From UHGV virus genome UHGV-0225074: a stretch of DNA of 64,000 nt; one strand, written 5' to 3'. Numbering within the stretch: the stretch's first letter is position 1; each line of letters opens with the position of its first letter. Source of the DNA: a virus. A program made the position numbers and the translations under genes. The notes beneath the pieces are model-generated. The model saw only the letters and a program-made list of their open reading frames with translations, searched no databases and was not told the DNA's origin. Positions 46,246-56,560 of the stretch are shown here, piece by piece.

Positions 46246-46339
46246 AATTTTCTCCTCACTCTTCCGTAGCTACTTACTTGATATCTCCCCTCCGAAGAGG
46301 GGATGTCTTTCCATAACTCCATATAAAAATCCTTATATA

Positions 46340-49054
46340 TCAATGACATTGTGCCCAATTAGCGCCAGTCAGGTATGCTCCTGTAATATGCACGGGGCTT
46401 CCCATAATACGAGCTGCCTTCTCTACACATCTTACGACCATTTCACCTACAGGGCAATACTGGATGTGAATTTTACCATCCTCTCCAAAAATACCCTCGT
46501 AGACTGTATTGCCTTCCGCATCCTTGACTTTATCACCATTTTCATCTTTGACGGCCTTTCTCCACTCATGCCCGTCAAATACGCGGCCTTTTGCTTCCCA
46601 TTCTTTTACGAAAGCTGTTGCCTCTTCCAGGGTATCAAACTCCCACTTCTTCAAGTATTTCTTAGGAACCTGGAGCTGGTATTCATCATGGTAGTAAATC
46701 AGGCGACGAACGTCATCATCATACCAGCCACGTTTGATCAGTTCCCAATGAAGAAGGATACCCACCAGATCGAATAGAGATGCACCACCGTTTTGCTGGA
46801 AAGCATTCAGAAGAGAGTGCTTAGAACGGGTCCAAATCTTACGACCATCGAGACCAGGGATATAACGTTTACCCGTTGCTTCCCAGAAGTTTTCAAGCCA
46901 TTCCTTACGACCTTTCAAACCAAAGTTACTATCCCAGAAAGCATCGATTACCGCCTGTGCCTTGTCAAGGGAAATGTGAAGCATTGCTGCAATCTTAGCT
47001 GCCTGAGCACCATACATGATGCCGTAGGTTACCCCTTTACCACCGTTACGCGTTACCAGAGTACCAGAAGCTTTGGTGTATGCCTCGGCGTTTCGTGCGT
47101 GGGCATCTCCACTTTCCATGATACGGAGGTATTCACCACCATCGAACTGATATGCACCCCATGCCGCGATCATACCTTCAAGGTTAGAACCATCGATACC
47201 GACCTGGTAATATTCATCGGTAACACCCCAGAGGCCACGCATCTCTTTACCCAATAACACCTTAGGGTCTGGTTTAGGCATGTTTGCACAAATGGTGTGC
47301 TTACAACGCCCGGTGTTAGTGATACCAGAGAAACGAGCTGGAAGTTTTCCATCAATCGCCAGGCGAGGATGATTCAACAGCCCTGTATCGTTTTTATCCT
47401 CGTCAATAGGGTCGAGAACAGAACGACGGTTACGTAATGACAGCCACTTAACAATCTGTTTAGCCAAGTGAACATCGATAACTTCAAGGTTAGGACACAG
47501 CTTGCCAAAGTTATCCTTCAACTGTGGTGAAGTCGGCAGTTGACGAGCTTTGCGTCTGAACTTCTTGAAGATCTCCTCGTAAACACGATCAGAACCATGA
47601 CGATGGTCGAACTTGTTTTCCGAGATATTGAACTTTGCGTCACTATTATTTAAGTACTCAAGAATCAGAGATTTATACTCGGACTCTCCAAGTTCTTCGA
47701 TGTACTTACGCACCAGACCATCAATCTCCGCATCATCGCGGGTCTTTTTGAACTGGTCTTTCGTCACATCTTTAACACGCCAGAGCGTTGGTTTCCATCC
47801 CGCATCGCGGATCAGATACTTCTTGATGTCGTCCTGGTTCGAGATCTTCATCGGAACCATCAGGTCTGGCATCTTTCCAGCACGAAGATCGGCAATTGCC
47901 TTTTCCATTAGGTCTGGTGGCAATGGGACAAGGGTATTCTCTTTCTTTATCTGGCTTCTAATGAAGTCTGGCATCGCTGCCGGGTCTTCAACACCATTCT
48001 GGATACAGTATCTTTCCCCTGCTGCACTTACATCACCGTTACCTTTAAACGCCGTCTTCGGTGGACCTTTGAATTCCAGCGCTTCACGATTAACTGGATA
48101 TCCCAGCTTGTATTCTAACCAATTCCACCCGTGATGGGAAATTCTTCCTGCACCATCAAAAGGATTAGCAGGGAATTTTGGCTGTTGAGACTTCGTCATC
48201 TCTTTGAGCGGGAGTTGAGGTTCTACTTCTTCCTCAATCTCTTTCATCATTACATCAATACGGTCTCTCAGCTTTTCAGCTTCATGCTTATTGAATGGAA
48301 CACCCTGAATTTCTTGCTCAATCATCAGGTAATCAGTCAACATACGGCGGCGTAGCGCGTTCTTCCAGTTGATCTGCCGCATCCCTTCCGGTTTATCTTT
48401 GTACATGAACTGCTTGTCATCAGGCCAGCGAGCACCTGTAGATTCATCGATCAGGGATTGCCATACTAACTCGTTGATTAAAACGTCTTCCCAGACACGA
48501 TTAACGTATTCCCACAAGGGTTGGTTACGCCAGTCATCGATCTGAACTTTCTTGTTTGCTACGCGGTAGCCCCAGGTCAACAGGCCATGAGGACCTACAC
48601 GGTCTCGCTTCCCAGTTACCGGGTTAAGAACAGAGTCAGGGCAACCGTTAGGTAATGGACGGTCAGGATAAAGCACACGGCTCATAGAGAGGGTGTCGTA
48701 GAGATTTACCTGTGTATCCCCAATCGTCCCCATGCACTTCGGGTCTTTGAACATATCATATTCAATGCCCGATAACTTCTTCCACAGACGCAGGTCATAG
48801 CCAAACAGGTTGTGACACGCAATGGCCCTACACGTCTTCAGGAAGCTTTCCAGCTCGTCGTATGAACGAATTGTAAGGTTAACATCCTTCTTGTTCCTGG
48901 CAAAGGCTACAGCGCTTTCATATTCTGGGTGTGCGGGGTCTAAAAACAGATTCCAGTTGTTGACTCCAAATTCTTTCAGCAAAGTACAATGGTACTTCGT
49001 TACTTCGTCTAACAGGCCATCGGCCTCGTTATCCAGTATAAACAGACCTTTAAT
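46340..49054 (-). CDS. DNA polymerase, family A (T7 gp5-like), apparent non-ATG (ATT) start
   Basis: 880+ aa family A polymerase; the conserved exonuclease motif FILDNEADGLLDEVTKYHC lies upstream of the track's TTG start; an in-frame TGA lies 5 codons upstream; AGGAGG precedes ATT at 49054..49052. Confidence 0.75.
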   Translation of the reverse strand: MKGLFILDNEADGLLDEVTKYHCTLLKEFGVNNWNLFLDPAHPEYESAVAFARNKKDVNLTIRSYDELESFLKTCRAIACHNLFGYDLRLWKKLSGIEYDMFKDPKCMGTIGDTQVNLYDTLSMSRVLYPDRPLPNGCPDSVLNPVTGKRDRVGPHGLLTWGYRVANKKVQIDDWRNQPLWEYVNRVWEDVLINELVWQSLIDESTGARWPDDKQFMYKDKPEGMRQINWKNALRRRMLTDYLMIEQEIQGVPFNKHEAEKLRDRIDVMMKEIEEEVEPQLPLKEMTKSQQPKFPANPFDGAGRISHHGWNWLEYKLGYPVNREALEFKGPPKTAFKGNGDVSAAGERYCIQNGVEDPAAMPDFIRSQIKKENTLVPLPPDLMEKAIADLRAGKMPDLMVPMKISNQDDIKKYLIRDAGWKPTLWRVKDVTKDQFKKTRDDAEIDGLVRKYIEELGESEYKSLILEYLNNSDAKFNISENKFDHRHGSDRVYEEIFKKFRRKARQLPTSPQLKDNFGKLCPNLEVIDVHLAKQIVKWLSLRNRRSVLDPIDEDKNDTGLLNHPRLAIDGKLPARFSGITNTGRCKHTICANMPKPDPKVLLGKEMRGLWGVTDEYYQVGIDGSNLEGMIAAWGAYQFDGGEYLRIMESGDAHARNAEAYTKASGTLVTRNGGKGVTYGIMYGAQAAKIAAMLHISLDKAQAVIDAFWDSNFGLKGRKEWLENFWEATGKRYIPGLDGRKIWTRSKHSLLNAFQQNGGASLFDLVGILLHWELIKRGWYDDDVRRLIYYHDEYQLQVPKKYLKKWEFDTLEEATAFVKEWEAKGRVFDGHEWRKAVKDENGDKVKDAEGNTVYEGIFGEDGKIHIQYCPVGEMVVRCVEKAARIMGSPVHITGAYLTGANWAQCH

Positions 49055-49110
49055 GATTCCTCCTATTCAAGGTGGGCTAGACTGTACCGTCGCCCACCTC
49101 TCAGTTGGTA

Positions 49111-51186
49111 TTAAATTACATAAATTGCATGTTTTGCGTATTGCAATCCTATCGGGGCGAAAGGCGTATCATCGTCAGGACCAAGAGTAGGAACGGGGGT
49201 CCTGTCAAGATCGATGGTTGGCTTATACTCAGGTGCCGGGACATTTACCTTTCCAACCGGAGTTTCCAAGGAGAGTTGATGGATCAGGCTCTGAGGACGA
49301 AGCATAACTTCACCATTAAGCTTGAACATCCCATCTTCCCATTCCCAGCCGGAAGCATCGGAGAACTGCCCGTTGTCATCCATAACCATTGTATCAGCGA
49401 TACCCAGTTTTTTGTGTGGGCGGTTCTTCAGCACCACGATACGTACACGTCCACGGGAGCGGTCAGGAAGCTCTTCTGGTTCAACACCCAGAACCACCCA
49501 TGAGAGTTGTTCAAGGGCCGCAGAACCGCGCAGGTCTTCTTTACGGACCGGATACCAGAACGGTAACAGATTCCCATCTTTATCTTTCGGAAGCTGAAGT
49601 TCTTTACGCTTCATGTGACTGATTGATAAGATGAAAACATCGTACTTCTTACAGAAAGCTGCCAGCTCGGTCATGATGTTATCAAGGTCTCGACGTTCGT
49701 TGTCGGACTTAAGACCAGAGATTACCATTGACAGGTGATCGAGGATGATCCATTTACAACCATCAAGGAACACCATCTGCTTAAGTTTCTGAATAAGCTG
49801 GTCTGTCGGGATAGAACCGAAGTGATCAAAGATCTTAATCTTATCTTCCCGAATCCAGCGTTGGTGAATCTCAAGGTGTTGCTCTTCGGTTAAGAACTGC
49901 TCCGGGTCAGCAACAAATGCCTTAGGGTCCACCTTCAGCTCTTCAGCATACAAGCTGTTTACAGACTCTTCTTCATCCTCTTCCAGACGGATGATGGCTA
50001 CTTTCTCACTCTCGGTCCAGCCATCTAGGCGGGGAATTGACATATCACGAAGATAGTCAATGATCGCGTATTCAATCTTACGAGAGATTGTAGACTTACC
50101 ACCACCAGACGGGCCTGTCAATGTCCAAAGCTCACCAGTACGGGGACCACGGGTCAGGTTATATAGGCCGGGTAGCCCTGGTAATGGAACACCATCTTTT
50201 TTCTTCTTGCGAAGATTCTCAATGGTAATATCCTTAAGACCGATAAGCTTATCAGGAACATAGCGATCGTCTGCTTTAGTAAACATTGCATAAAGCTCGC
50301 GTACCTTACCCGCATCATACATGTCACGAATGTCTTTAAAGCCATCCGGGTCATTACGCTCGTTAGGATATCGCACAACGTAAATGTTTTCTGACAGCAG
50401 GAAGCTAGCGACATCGTCGGTTGCTTCTTTACCTTTCTTTATTTTCTTTTCTTTTTCTAATGCTGTGGCTTCGTCGTTATCAAAGCCCAAGACTACCTTC
50501 TCATAACTGCGAATGAACTTCTCGTTGTTTGCGAAAGTATCAACAGCGTTTGCAGTACCACAGTTTAATCCGACATAGGGTAGTGTCGGAAGACCTCCAA
50601 TGTCCTCGTCGTTCTGAATATGACGGATACCTTTTAAGATGCTATCCGCCCAGTCTTTAACGCCTTTACTGGCCTTTGGACTGGTGGACATAGCCTTAAC
50701 CATCTCATACGCTGCCTGCCATGCGGCGCATACGTCACCTTCACCTTCCACGATATTGATCTGCTTACGACCAACACCCATAGAGGCTTCATGCTGCCCG
50801 AAGAACTGAGATGATGCCTTCACAGCACCAACAGTTGAAAAGTGTCCTGTCTTTTCCTTCTGTAACGTCCAGTCACGTTTCTTGAATCCCGTCAGTTTCC
50901 CATACTTATCATAATAGGGCAAGTATGTTGCTACCGGGGTGATACCATCCGCCGGGGATACCGCAGAACGGATCTTAAAATACTGTGCTGCTTCAAGAGA
51001 GAGACTCATTTCGGGAACAGCCATGATGCGGGTGCCAGACAGCACTGATTCCAGGGTCTCTTCTGCTCGATTGTTACTATAACTCAACTTGCCTCCGCGA
51101 TTACTTCCAAAACCTGCTCTTGGGTTTTCATTGCCACCTTTGCGATACGCCGCCCAATCCGGTCCATTTCCCATTATCCCTCTCAT
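49111..51186 (-). CDS. DNA primase/helicase (T7 gp4-like, TOPRIM plus DnaB-family helicase)
   Basis: TOPRIM region (VVLGFDNDEA), Walker A TGPSGGGKST, DnaB-type helicase motifs. Confidence 0.7.
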   Translation of the reverse strand: MRGIMGNGPDWAAYRKGGNENPRAGFGSNRGGKLSYSNNRAEETLESVLSGTRIMAVPEMSLSLEAAQYFKIRSAVSPADGITPVATYLPYYDKYGKLTGFKKRDWTLQKEKTGHFSTVGAVKASSQFFGQHEASMGVGRKQINIVEGEGDVCAAWQAAYEMVKAMSTSPKASKGVKDWADSILKGIRHIQNDEDIGGLPTLPYVGLNCGTANAVDTFANNEKFIRSYEKVVLGFDNDEATALEKEKKIKKGKEATDDVASFLLSENIYVVRYPNERNDPDGFKDIRDMYDAGKVRELYAMFTKADDRYVPDKLIGLKDITIENLRKKKKDGVPLPGLPGLYNLTRGPRTGELWTLTGPSGGGKSTISRKIEYAIIDYLRDMSIPRLDGWTESEKVAIIRLEEDEEESVNSLYAEELKVDPKAFVADPEQFLTEEQHLEIHQRWIREDKIKIFDHFGSIPTDQLIQKLKQMVFLDGCKWIILDHLSMVISGLKSDNERRDLDNIMTELAAFCKKYDVFILSISHMKRKELQLPKDKDGNLLPFWYPVRKEDLRGSAALEQLSWVVLGVEPEELPDRSRGRVRIVVLKNRPHKKLGIADTMVMDDNGQFSDASGWEWEDGMFKLNGEVMLRPQSLIHQLSLETPVGKVNVPAPEYKPTIDLDRTPVPTLGPDDDTPFAPIGLQYAKHAIYVI

Positions 51187-51917
51187 TTATTTTTCTGGTA
51201 AAACGCCTCCGCAAAACCGCGAGGTGTACAACTACGAATATTTTTAGTCTTGGTGGATTTGCCACCACACTTCTTCCAGCCTGGATTGTCCTTGTACAAT
51301 TCCTTCACAGGAAGCTTGTCAGGCTGTTTTGCGCCATTGCCCATCCAAATGCACGTCTTCTTGTTATACGCGTCCTGAGGAGGGTATACGTGCGGATATA
51401 GTGGGTGTATATCAGTGGTTGGGAGATACCCGCCGTAATCCTTAGGATCAAACATGTAATCAGGTTTTCGATACATTGAAGAGAGAACACCGACAGGGTT
51501 TTCAAAGGCCCACGGAACATTATATAAATCTCCAACCTTCTCTACCAATAGGCAAAGTTCCATTGCTTCCTTCTGGAAGTTAGGGTTTGCTGCTCTTTTC
51601 TTAGCCCAATGACGTGAACCTGCATTGGTCAGGTGAGTACATTCCGGGAAACCAAAGACGATGTGAACATTGTCACCAACCATTTCTTTGATCTCTTGAG
51701 CTTGTTGAACGGTCTTGTCGTGGAAGAACCACATCCCGACTTTAACAAGGTCACCCTCGCGGGTGACTCCTGGTGAATGTTGACCATCAAAAGTCCAAAC
51801 TTCATAGCCAGCCTCTAACCAAGGACGGGCCATGACCGAAGTGTAATCATAAAGAATGATCACTTTCTTCTTCAAACGCCCTCCCTTAGTGGAAACTGAC
51901 CCCTTGGTGATCGGCAT
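51183..51917 (-). CDS. truncated C5-cytosine-methyltransferase-like protein (no target-recognition domain)
   Basis: IVFGFPECTHLTNAG resembles motif IV (GFPCQ..AG), AFENPVG resembles motif VI (ENV), EAGYEV resembles the motif I/II region; no Gly-rich SAM loop; only 244 aa. Confidence 0.4.
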   Translation of the reverse strand: MPITKGSVSTKGGRLKKKVIILYDYTSVMARPWLEAGYEVWTFDGQHSPGVTREGDLVKVGMWFFHDKTVQQAQEIKEMVGDNVHIVFGFPECTHLTNAGSRHWAKKRAANPNFQKEAMELCLLVEKVGDLYNVPWAFENPVGVLSSMYRKPDYMFDPKDYGGYLPTTDIHPLYPHVYPPQDAYNKKTCIWMGNGAKQPDKLPVKELYKDNPGWKKCGGKSTKTKNIRSCTPRGFAEAFYQKNK

Positions 51918-52104
51918 TTGTTACCGTACCCATCATGGAAATTGGAATAATTTTAACCAGGGTGTAGGTCAGATATCTAGCGCTTTCAGATTGCCCTGCG
52001 ATAGTATATCCTTCATCAAGATGTTCTGCCAACACTTTAGCCACGTAATTTGGGCCACTGTGGTTATTGAATTCGAATTCGACGACTTTAACTTCGTGTT
52101 TCAT
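51886..52104 (-). CDS. small hypothetical protein
   Basis: start MKHEVK chosen to abut the upstream gene. Confidence 0.25.
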   Translation of the reverse strand: MKHEVKVVEFEFNNHSGPNYVAKVLAEHLDEGYTIAGQSESARYLTYTLVKIIPISMMGTVTNADHQGVSFH

Positions 52105-52388
52105 TAAAACTCCTCCTCTTCCTGGAAGCAACCTACAATTTCAAGATTGCGGATATACTCGCGTAAATGATGGTATAGGACATCATCTGGAATGTCAACG
52201 TAGATCTGTTTATCTCCAGAGAATACAGCATAATACTCCAAATCTTGGAAACCGTTGTAATCTACATCGCTTTCACGACTGTTATGGTCGCCTTCCATCA
52301 CAGAATAAAGTGCTTCGACGGTGACGACACCCGCAGTAGGGTGGTCATAACTGAATTCGATCTCTACAGGAAGTGCGGCTTTACTCAT
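52104..52388 (-). CDS. hypothetical acidic protein
   Basis: 94 aa. Confidence 0.3.
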   Translation of the reverse strand: MSKAALPVEIEFSYDHPTAGVVTVEALYSVMEGDHNSRESDVDYNGFQDLEYYAVFSGDKQIYVDIPDDVLYHHLREYIRNLEIVGCFQEEEEF

Positions 52389-52617
52389 TAAGTCCTCTCG
52401 CTTCTAAATTAATTACGAACGCGCCTTCTCCACGGCGAAGCTCGGTATCATCACGCCAGTCACGGAACATTCCCCCGGCGCGACCACGAAAATATATGCA
52501 CTTATCGGTTATCCGGGTGATCTCCCCGAATTCCCACTTTTTTGCTCCAGCATTGCCTTGAGAGAAGGCGATCTTGTCGCCAACTCTCGCCTCATTCCCA
52601 AAACAATCTTTGATCAT
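52381..52617 (-). CDS. hypothetical protein
   Basis: 78 aa. Confidence 0.3.
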   Translation of the reverse strand: MIKDCFGNEARVGDKIAFSQGNAGAKKWEFGEITRITDKCIYFRGRAGGMFRDWRDDTELRRGEGAFVINLEARGLNE

Positions 52618-53111
52618 TTAGACTCCAGTTCGGCCTTTAATTCAATATTCTGGTCAATCAGTGCCTCGATAAACTGAACTGCATGGACTGCTGCACTATG
52701 ACAACCGTCATCAAACAACTTCCGGCTCACATCATTACGTAAAGCGGCTGCATCACTATGCAGGCGAGTTTCCATATAAGTGCTTATGGTATTCCACGCG
52801 TTAGCACCAGAACTTAGATATTCCAGAACTGCCAGCACATTCTGAGGGCAGGCAGTCGCAATGTATGTTGCATCCATATCATTGCGCCAAGCCGAAAGAT
52901 TACCTGTGTTCTCATGGCGCACAACCGGACCCATATTTCCGTCTGTCACAAACACTGTTTCCATGCCAGCATCTTCCGTTGAAAATGCAACCATAGCATG
53001 ACCATGTGAATCTATCCACCACTTACCTGGTGTTGCTTGACTTGCGATGCGTTTCAAATCATCAATAAGCTTACAAATATTTTCACGATGTTTCATCTTC
53101 TGCGCCTTCAT
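52614..53111 (-). CDS. hypothetical protein
   Basis: 165 aa. Confidence 0.3.
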   Translation of the reverse strand: MKAQKMKHRENICKLIDDLKRIASQATPGKWWIDSHGHAMVAFSTEDAGMETVFVTDGNMGPVVRHENTGNLSAWRNDMDATYIATACPQNVLAVLEYLSSGANAWNTISTYMETRLHSDAAALRNDVSRKLFDDGCHSAAVHAVQFIEALIDQNIELKAELESK

Positions 53112-53397
53112 AACGAGTTAGGGTCAATTTAGTAACAGTCAGGCTCACACCTTCTGAAGTTTCTACCACAAAAGTATTGTGGACACCATCTAAAACTACG
53201 ACGATGAAGTCACCAACCGCAGGCGGGAGATCCGCAAGGTTCAGGGCAACCACTGCCTCAGCGTATTCACCATCATTGATGACTCGTATAGCGATATCAT
53301 GTCCAGGACCTTGCTCTGTGAAGTCGAATACCCGAACTTCATTTTCTGTAGTTTCATCCTCTTTGGCAAAGAGCCAGTTAATTAGACGTTTGAACAT
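53083..53397 (-). CDS. hypothetical protein
   Basis: internal start MFKRLINW. Confidence 0.25.
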   Translation of the reverse strand: MFKRLINWLFAKEDETTENEVRVFDFTEQGPGHDIAIRVINDGEYAEAVVALNLADLPPAVGDFIVVVLDGVHNTFVVETSEGVSLTVTKLTLTRYEGAEDETS

Positions 53398-53560
53398 TCT
53401 TCGCCCTCTTGACAATTTCATGAATTATATCTTGGAGTCTTTCCCACGCTTCCAGTTCAGCTTGTTGCATCTCATCGTGATAATCTTGAGCGATATCACG
53501 GAGTTTCATTAGCTTTTCTGTTGTTACCTTACTCAAGTCGGTAAAATCTTCAACCTGCAT
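53378..53560 (-). CDS. small hypothetical protein
   Basis: 60 aa from MQVEDF. Confidence 0.25.
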   Translation of the reverse strand: MQVEDFTDLSKVTTEKLMKLRDIAQDYHDEMQQAELEAWERLQDIIHEIVKRAKNVQTSN

Positions 53561-54008
53561 TTTTGTTCTCCTCATAGAACTTAATCCACTTCTTAGTTGA
53601 TTTGATACCACCTTCCAAAGACTTGTCCCTCTGAACCGCCACCTGCTCAACAATACGGTTCTGTAGAGCAAAACTCATGCGATCCCCCAACCTACGGAAT
53701 GGATTACCCTTGTACCCATTACCATTATGGATGCTAACTGCATCCTGTAACGAGATAAAGAATGGGCGACAAATCTTTTTACATCGAGGGAATGCAAGCT
53801 GGTAGCCAAAGCGACCATCTTTAACTTCCGGGAAGTTCGGAAGACGACGAGGGACATACCCATAAGCAGACATCATCTCGTCAAGAGAGGCCATTTGGAT
53901 GTGGGTAGTGTCCATAGCTTTTTCAGAGCGAGGAACCTGCCATTGATTCCATACTTCAAGTTCTTTGCGGAACTTTTCTACCAGCTCCAGACGAGAATAT
54001 GATGCCAT
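53550..54008 (-). CDS. hypothetical protein
   Basis: 152 aa. Confidence 0.3.
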   Translation of the reverse strand: MASYSRLELVEKFRKELEVWNQWQVPRSEKAMDTTHIQMASLDEMMSAYGYVPRRLPNFPEVKDGRFGYQLAFPRCKKICRPFFISLQDAVSIHNGNGYKGNPFRRLGDRMSFALQNRIVEQVAVQRDKSLEGGIKSTKKWIKFYEENKNAG

Positions 54009-54017
54009 TATTTTCTC

Positions 54018-55325
54018 CTAAAATTTTCCTGGGAATGTGTCTTTGTAGAATTTAACAATTCTTTGGTCTACGATAATATCACGTTCTTTAACCGGACGCA
54101 ATAATCTTAAACCTTTTGTAGAAGTGGCCCTGCTAAAGGCAACATAGGCCATCCCAGGAGCAAAAGCTCCATAACCAAAGTCTATATTAACCTCTGGCAA
54201 AGTCAAGCCTTGAGCTTTGTGAATGGTCACTGCATAACCAAGGCGAATGGGTAAGTTTGTGTATGTTCCAACAACAATCTTTTCCAATTCCTCTTCAGTC
54301 TTACCATTCTTGATAACCTTTCTTGGGAAGTATTCAACATTTTCCCAGACATTCTTTTCGATCTCTACAACCTTGCCATCTTCCAGTTCTACATCTACCG
54401 AAAACTTCCTTAGGGCCTTGATAATACCCCGTGTTCCGTTTACAAATTTAGGACCGTCTTCATCTGGATTCTGATCATTAACGGTGATCATGACACGAGT
54501 CCCTACCTTGAGGTGTAGACTCTCAGCAACTGGACGCTGGGCAAAATCTCCTGTTTTGGAGGCTTTGTAAATAACCTCTTCACCAAGTATCTGATCGTAA
54601 TGCTTTTTGTTGATACGCTCCGCTGCGGCATTAGTTGAAGTTAGGGTAATCGCATTCAGTGCTGCACCTTTTGAATAGCACTGATTGTTGAGGAATTTAA
54701 CTATTTCATCAATACGCTCGCCTTTCCTCATATGATTCAACAACGATGAAAAATGCACACTGTTTTGACGATAAATCTTGTCAAGAAGTACAGGGTATGG
54801 ATTTATCTCTCCCCAAGTGTCTGAGAAACACGATAATTCTGTGCTGTGGAGTTCGAAGTAAGCGTTTTCTTCAGAATCTGTCAGAACTGGAGGGTTCTGA
54901 AAGAAATCACCAAACATTATGACCTGAAGACCGCCGAAAGCTTTCTTAGGCTCCCTTCTCGCAACACGTAGTTTCTGATCCATTTCCCACAATTTGTCGG
55001 CTCGCACCATAGATATTTCATCAATAATGATACGCTCAAGAGATTTGCTTTTTAAAAGTTTTTTAGGTTTAGTTTTTACTGTCTTACCATCATCTTCTGT
55101 GGCTATCCCCATTGATAACCCGAAAGCTCGATGAGTTGTCATTCCATCAACATTAAGTGAAGCGACCCCTGTCGGGGCCACTGTTAATGTTGAACTTGGA
55201 TACAGGGATTGGATTGTTTTGATCAGATGGCTCTTGCCACTACCACCAGGTCCCGTAATGAAAACGTTTTTGCCTTCAATGATAGCACCTAAGGCCTCTT
55301 CCGTTCCCACTCCAAAATCAGACAT
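54018..55325 (-). CDS. SF1B DNA helicase (Dda/RecD-like)
   Basis: Walker A GPGGSGKS, IIDEISM, FGDFFQ, VTIHKAQGLT motifs; 435 aa like T4 Dda. Confidence 0.7.
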   Translation of the reverse strand: MSDFGVGTEEALGAIIEGKNVFITGPGGSGKSHLIKTIQSLYPSSTLTVAPTGVASLNVDGMTTHRAFGLSMGIATEDDGKTVKTKPKKLLKSKSLERIIIDEISMVRADKLWEMDQKLRVARREPKKAFGGLQVIMFGDFFQNPPVLTDSEENAYFELHSTELSCFSDTWGEINPYPVLLDKIYRQNSVHFSSLLNHMRKGERIDEIVKFLNNQCYSKGAALNAITLTSTNAAAERINKKHYDQILGEEVIYKASKTGDFAQRPVAESLHLKVGTRVMITVNDQNPDEDGPKFVNGTRGIIKALRKFSVDVELEDGKVVEIEKNVWENVEYFPRKVIKNGKTEEELEKIVVGTYTNLPIRLGYAVTIHKAQGLTLPEVNIDFGYGAFAPGMAYVAFSRATSTKGLRLLRPVKERDIIVDQRIVKFYKDTFPGKF

Positions 55326-56560
55326 TAATCCTCCTTATCGAGATAAATTTCGTCCAGGATAGCACCCCTTACACCCACAACAATAACATCAGGAGCACCT
55401 GCTGGCTTTTCTTTTCCTGTCAATACCTCATAGCGGCAGCAGCGGCATTTCTTGTTATTGTAGTTATATGGTACGCTAACAATGTCTGCCGGGTCAACAG
55501 ATACCTCAACCACATTACCATAATCACGGGCATATTCCTTGGAGGCGATATGTAAACCCTGGCTACAAGCTTTGGTTGGGTCATCTTCAACCATGTTTCT
55601 TGGCATAGTGACTGTGGTGTTAGCCCAGTTAGGGACCAAGCCTGTGAACCAGTCACGAGGACCATTCTCAGTGCGTTTAAGACCCTTGTAGGCCAAGATG
55701 TTGCCATTCTCCAGAATCTCGAACTTGTTATGCTCCAGGAAGTCGTACAGCATTTCAACCGATTTGTAAGAAGGATTGAGCATCAGCTTCCGCATGAACT
55801 CGACATAACGGTTATCGAACTTCCCGGTCTCGATATCGGAAACAATACGGCGAGCAATACCGCTTTCTTGTTTGATACCGTGCCAGTACAGAATACCGTC
55901 CAGCAGCTTCATATCCGGTCCAAGATCGATTGCCACTTCAGCTTTTGCAGCGATTCCCGCCTCAATAAGCGCTACGGCTTCGTCGATCTTGTTGTTTAAC
56001 AGTAACATACCAACGTCGTTAAAGATTTCGCTGTTACTGCCCAGAGTATGAATGGTCCCATCGGGAAGTGTGATGGAAACGTTGCCCGGTGTCATGATGA
56101 CAATGGGATCAGCTTTCGTGTCATCAACAACCGAAATCTTAATAGGCACAGGTGTAGGTTCTGGAAGCTGAGGAACAGTAACGCTCACTTCTACATCAGA
56201 AACTACGAACACCACTTCCCAGCGCTTACCACGCTTGCCAAGGTCCTTGACAACTCCCTCCTCTTTGTCATGTCCTGCTGTTGTCTTTGCATGATCGATA
56301 ATCTTCGCATTCTGTACAGTCTTAGAGAATGCTCGGGCCTCTCCCCGACTCGCAAAGAACATAGAGGCAGTTGGCGCAGGGTAAGTTTCCATATCGAAGG
56401 AAATCGTCTTTTCCGGGGAAGCACCAATACTGTCTTTGGGGACAACCATCCAACGCCCCTCTGCCAGCACCGCCGGGGATACACCCCGGTCCACAACTTT
56501 CATACCACGACTTGCAGCACAAACACGAGCATCTGCACGGGATTTAAAAAGATTACTCAT
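55325..56560 (-). CDS. putative rIIB-like protein
   Basis: 411 aa, ATGA-coupled immediately downstream of rIIA; the adjacency is the main evidence. Confidence 0.35.
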   Translation of the reverse strand: MSNLFKSRADARVCAASRGMKVVDRGVSPAVLAEGRWMVVPKDSIGASPEKTISFDMETYPAPTASMFFASRGEARAFSKTVQNAKIIDHAKTTAGHDKEEGVVKDLGKRGKRWEVVFVVSDVEVSVTVPQLPEPTPVPIKISVVDDTKADPIVIMTPGNVSITLPDGTIHTLGSNSEIFNDVGMLLLNNKIDEAVALIEAGIAAKAEVAIDLGPDMKLLDGILYWHGIKQESGIARRIVSDIETGKFDNRYVEFMRKLMLNPSYKSVEMLYDFLEHNKFEILENGNILAYKGLKRTENGPRDWFTGLVPNWANTTVTMPRNMVEDDPTKACSQGLHIASKEYARDYGNVVEVSVDPADIVSVPYNYNNKKCRCCRYEVLTGKEKPAGAPDVIVVGVRGAILDEIYLDKED

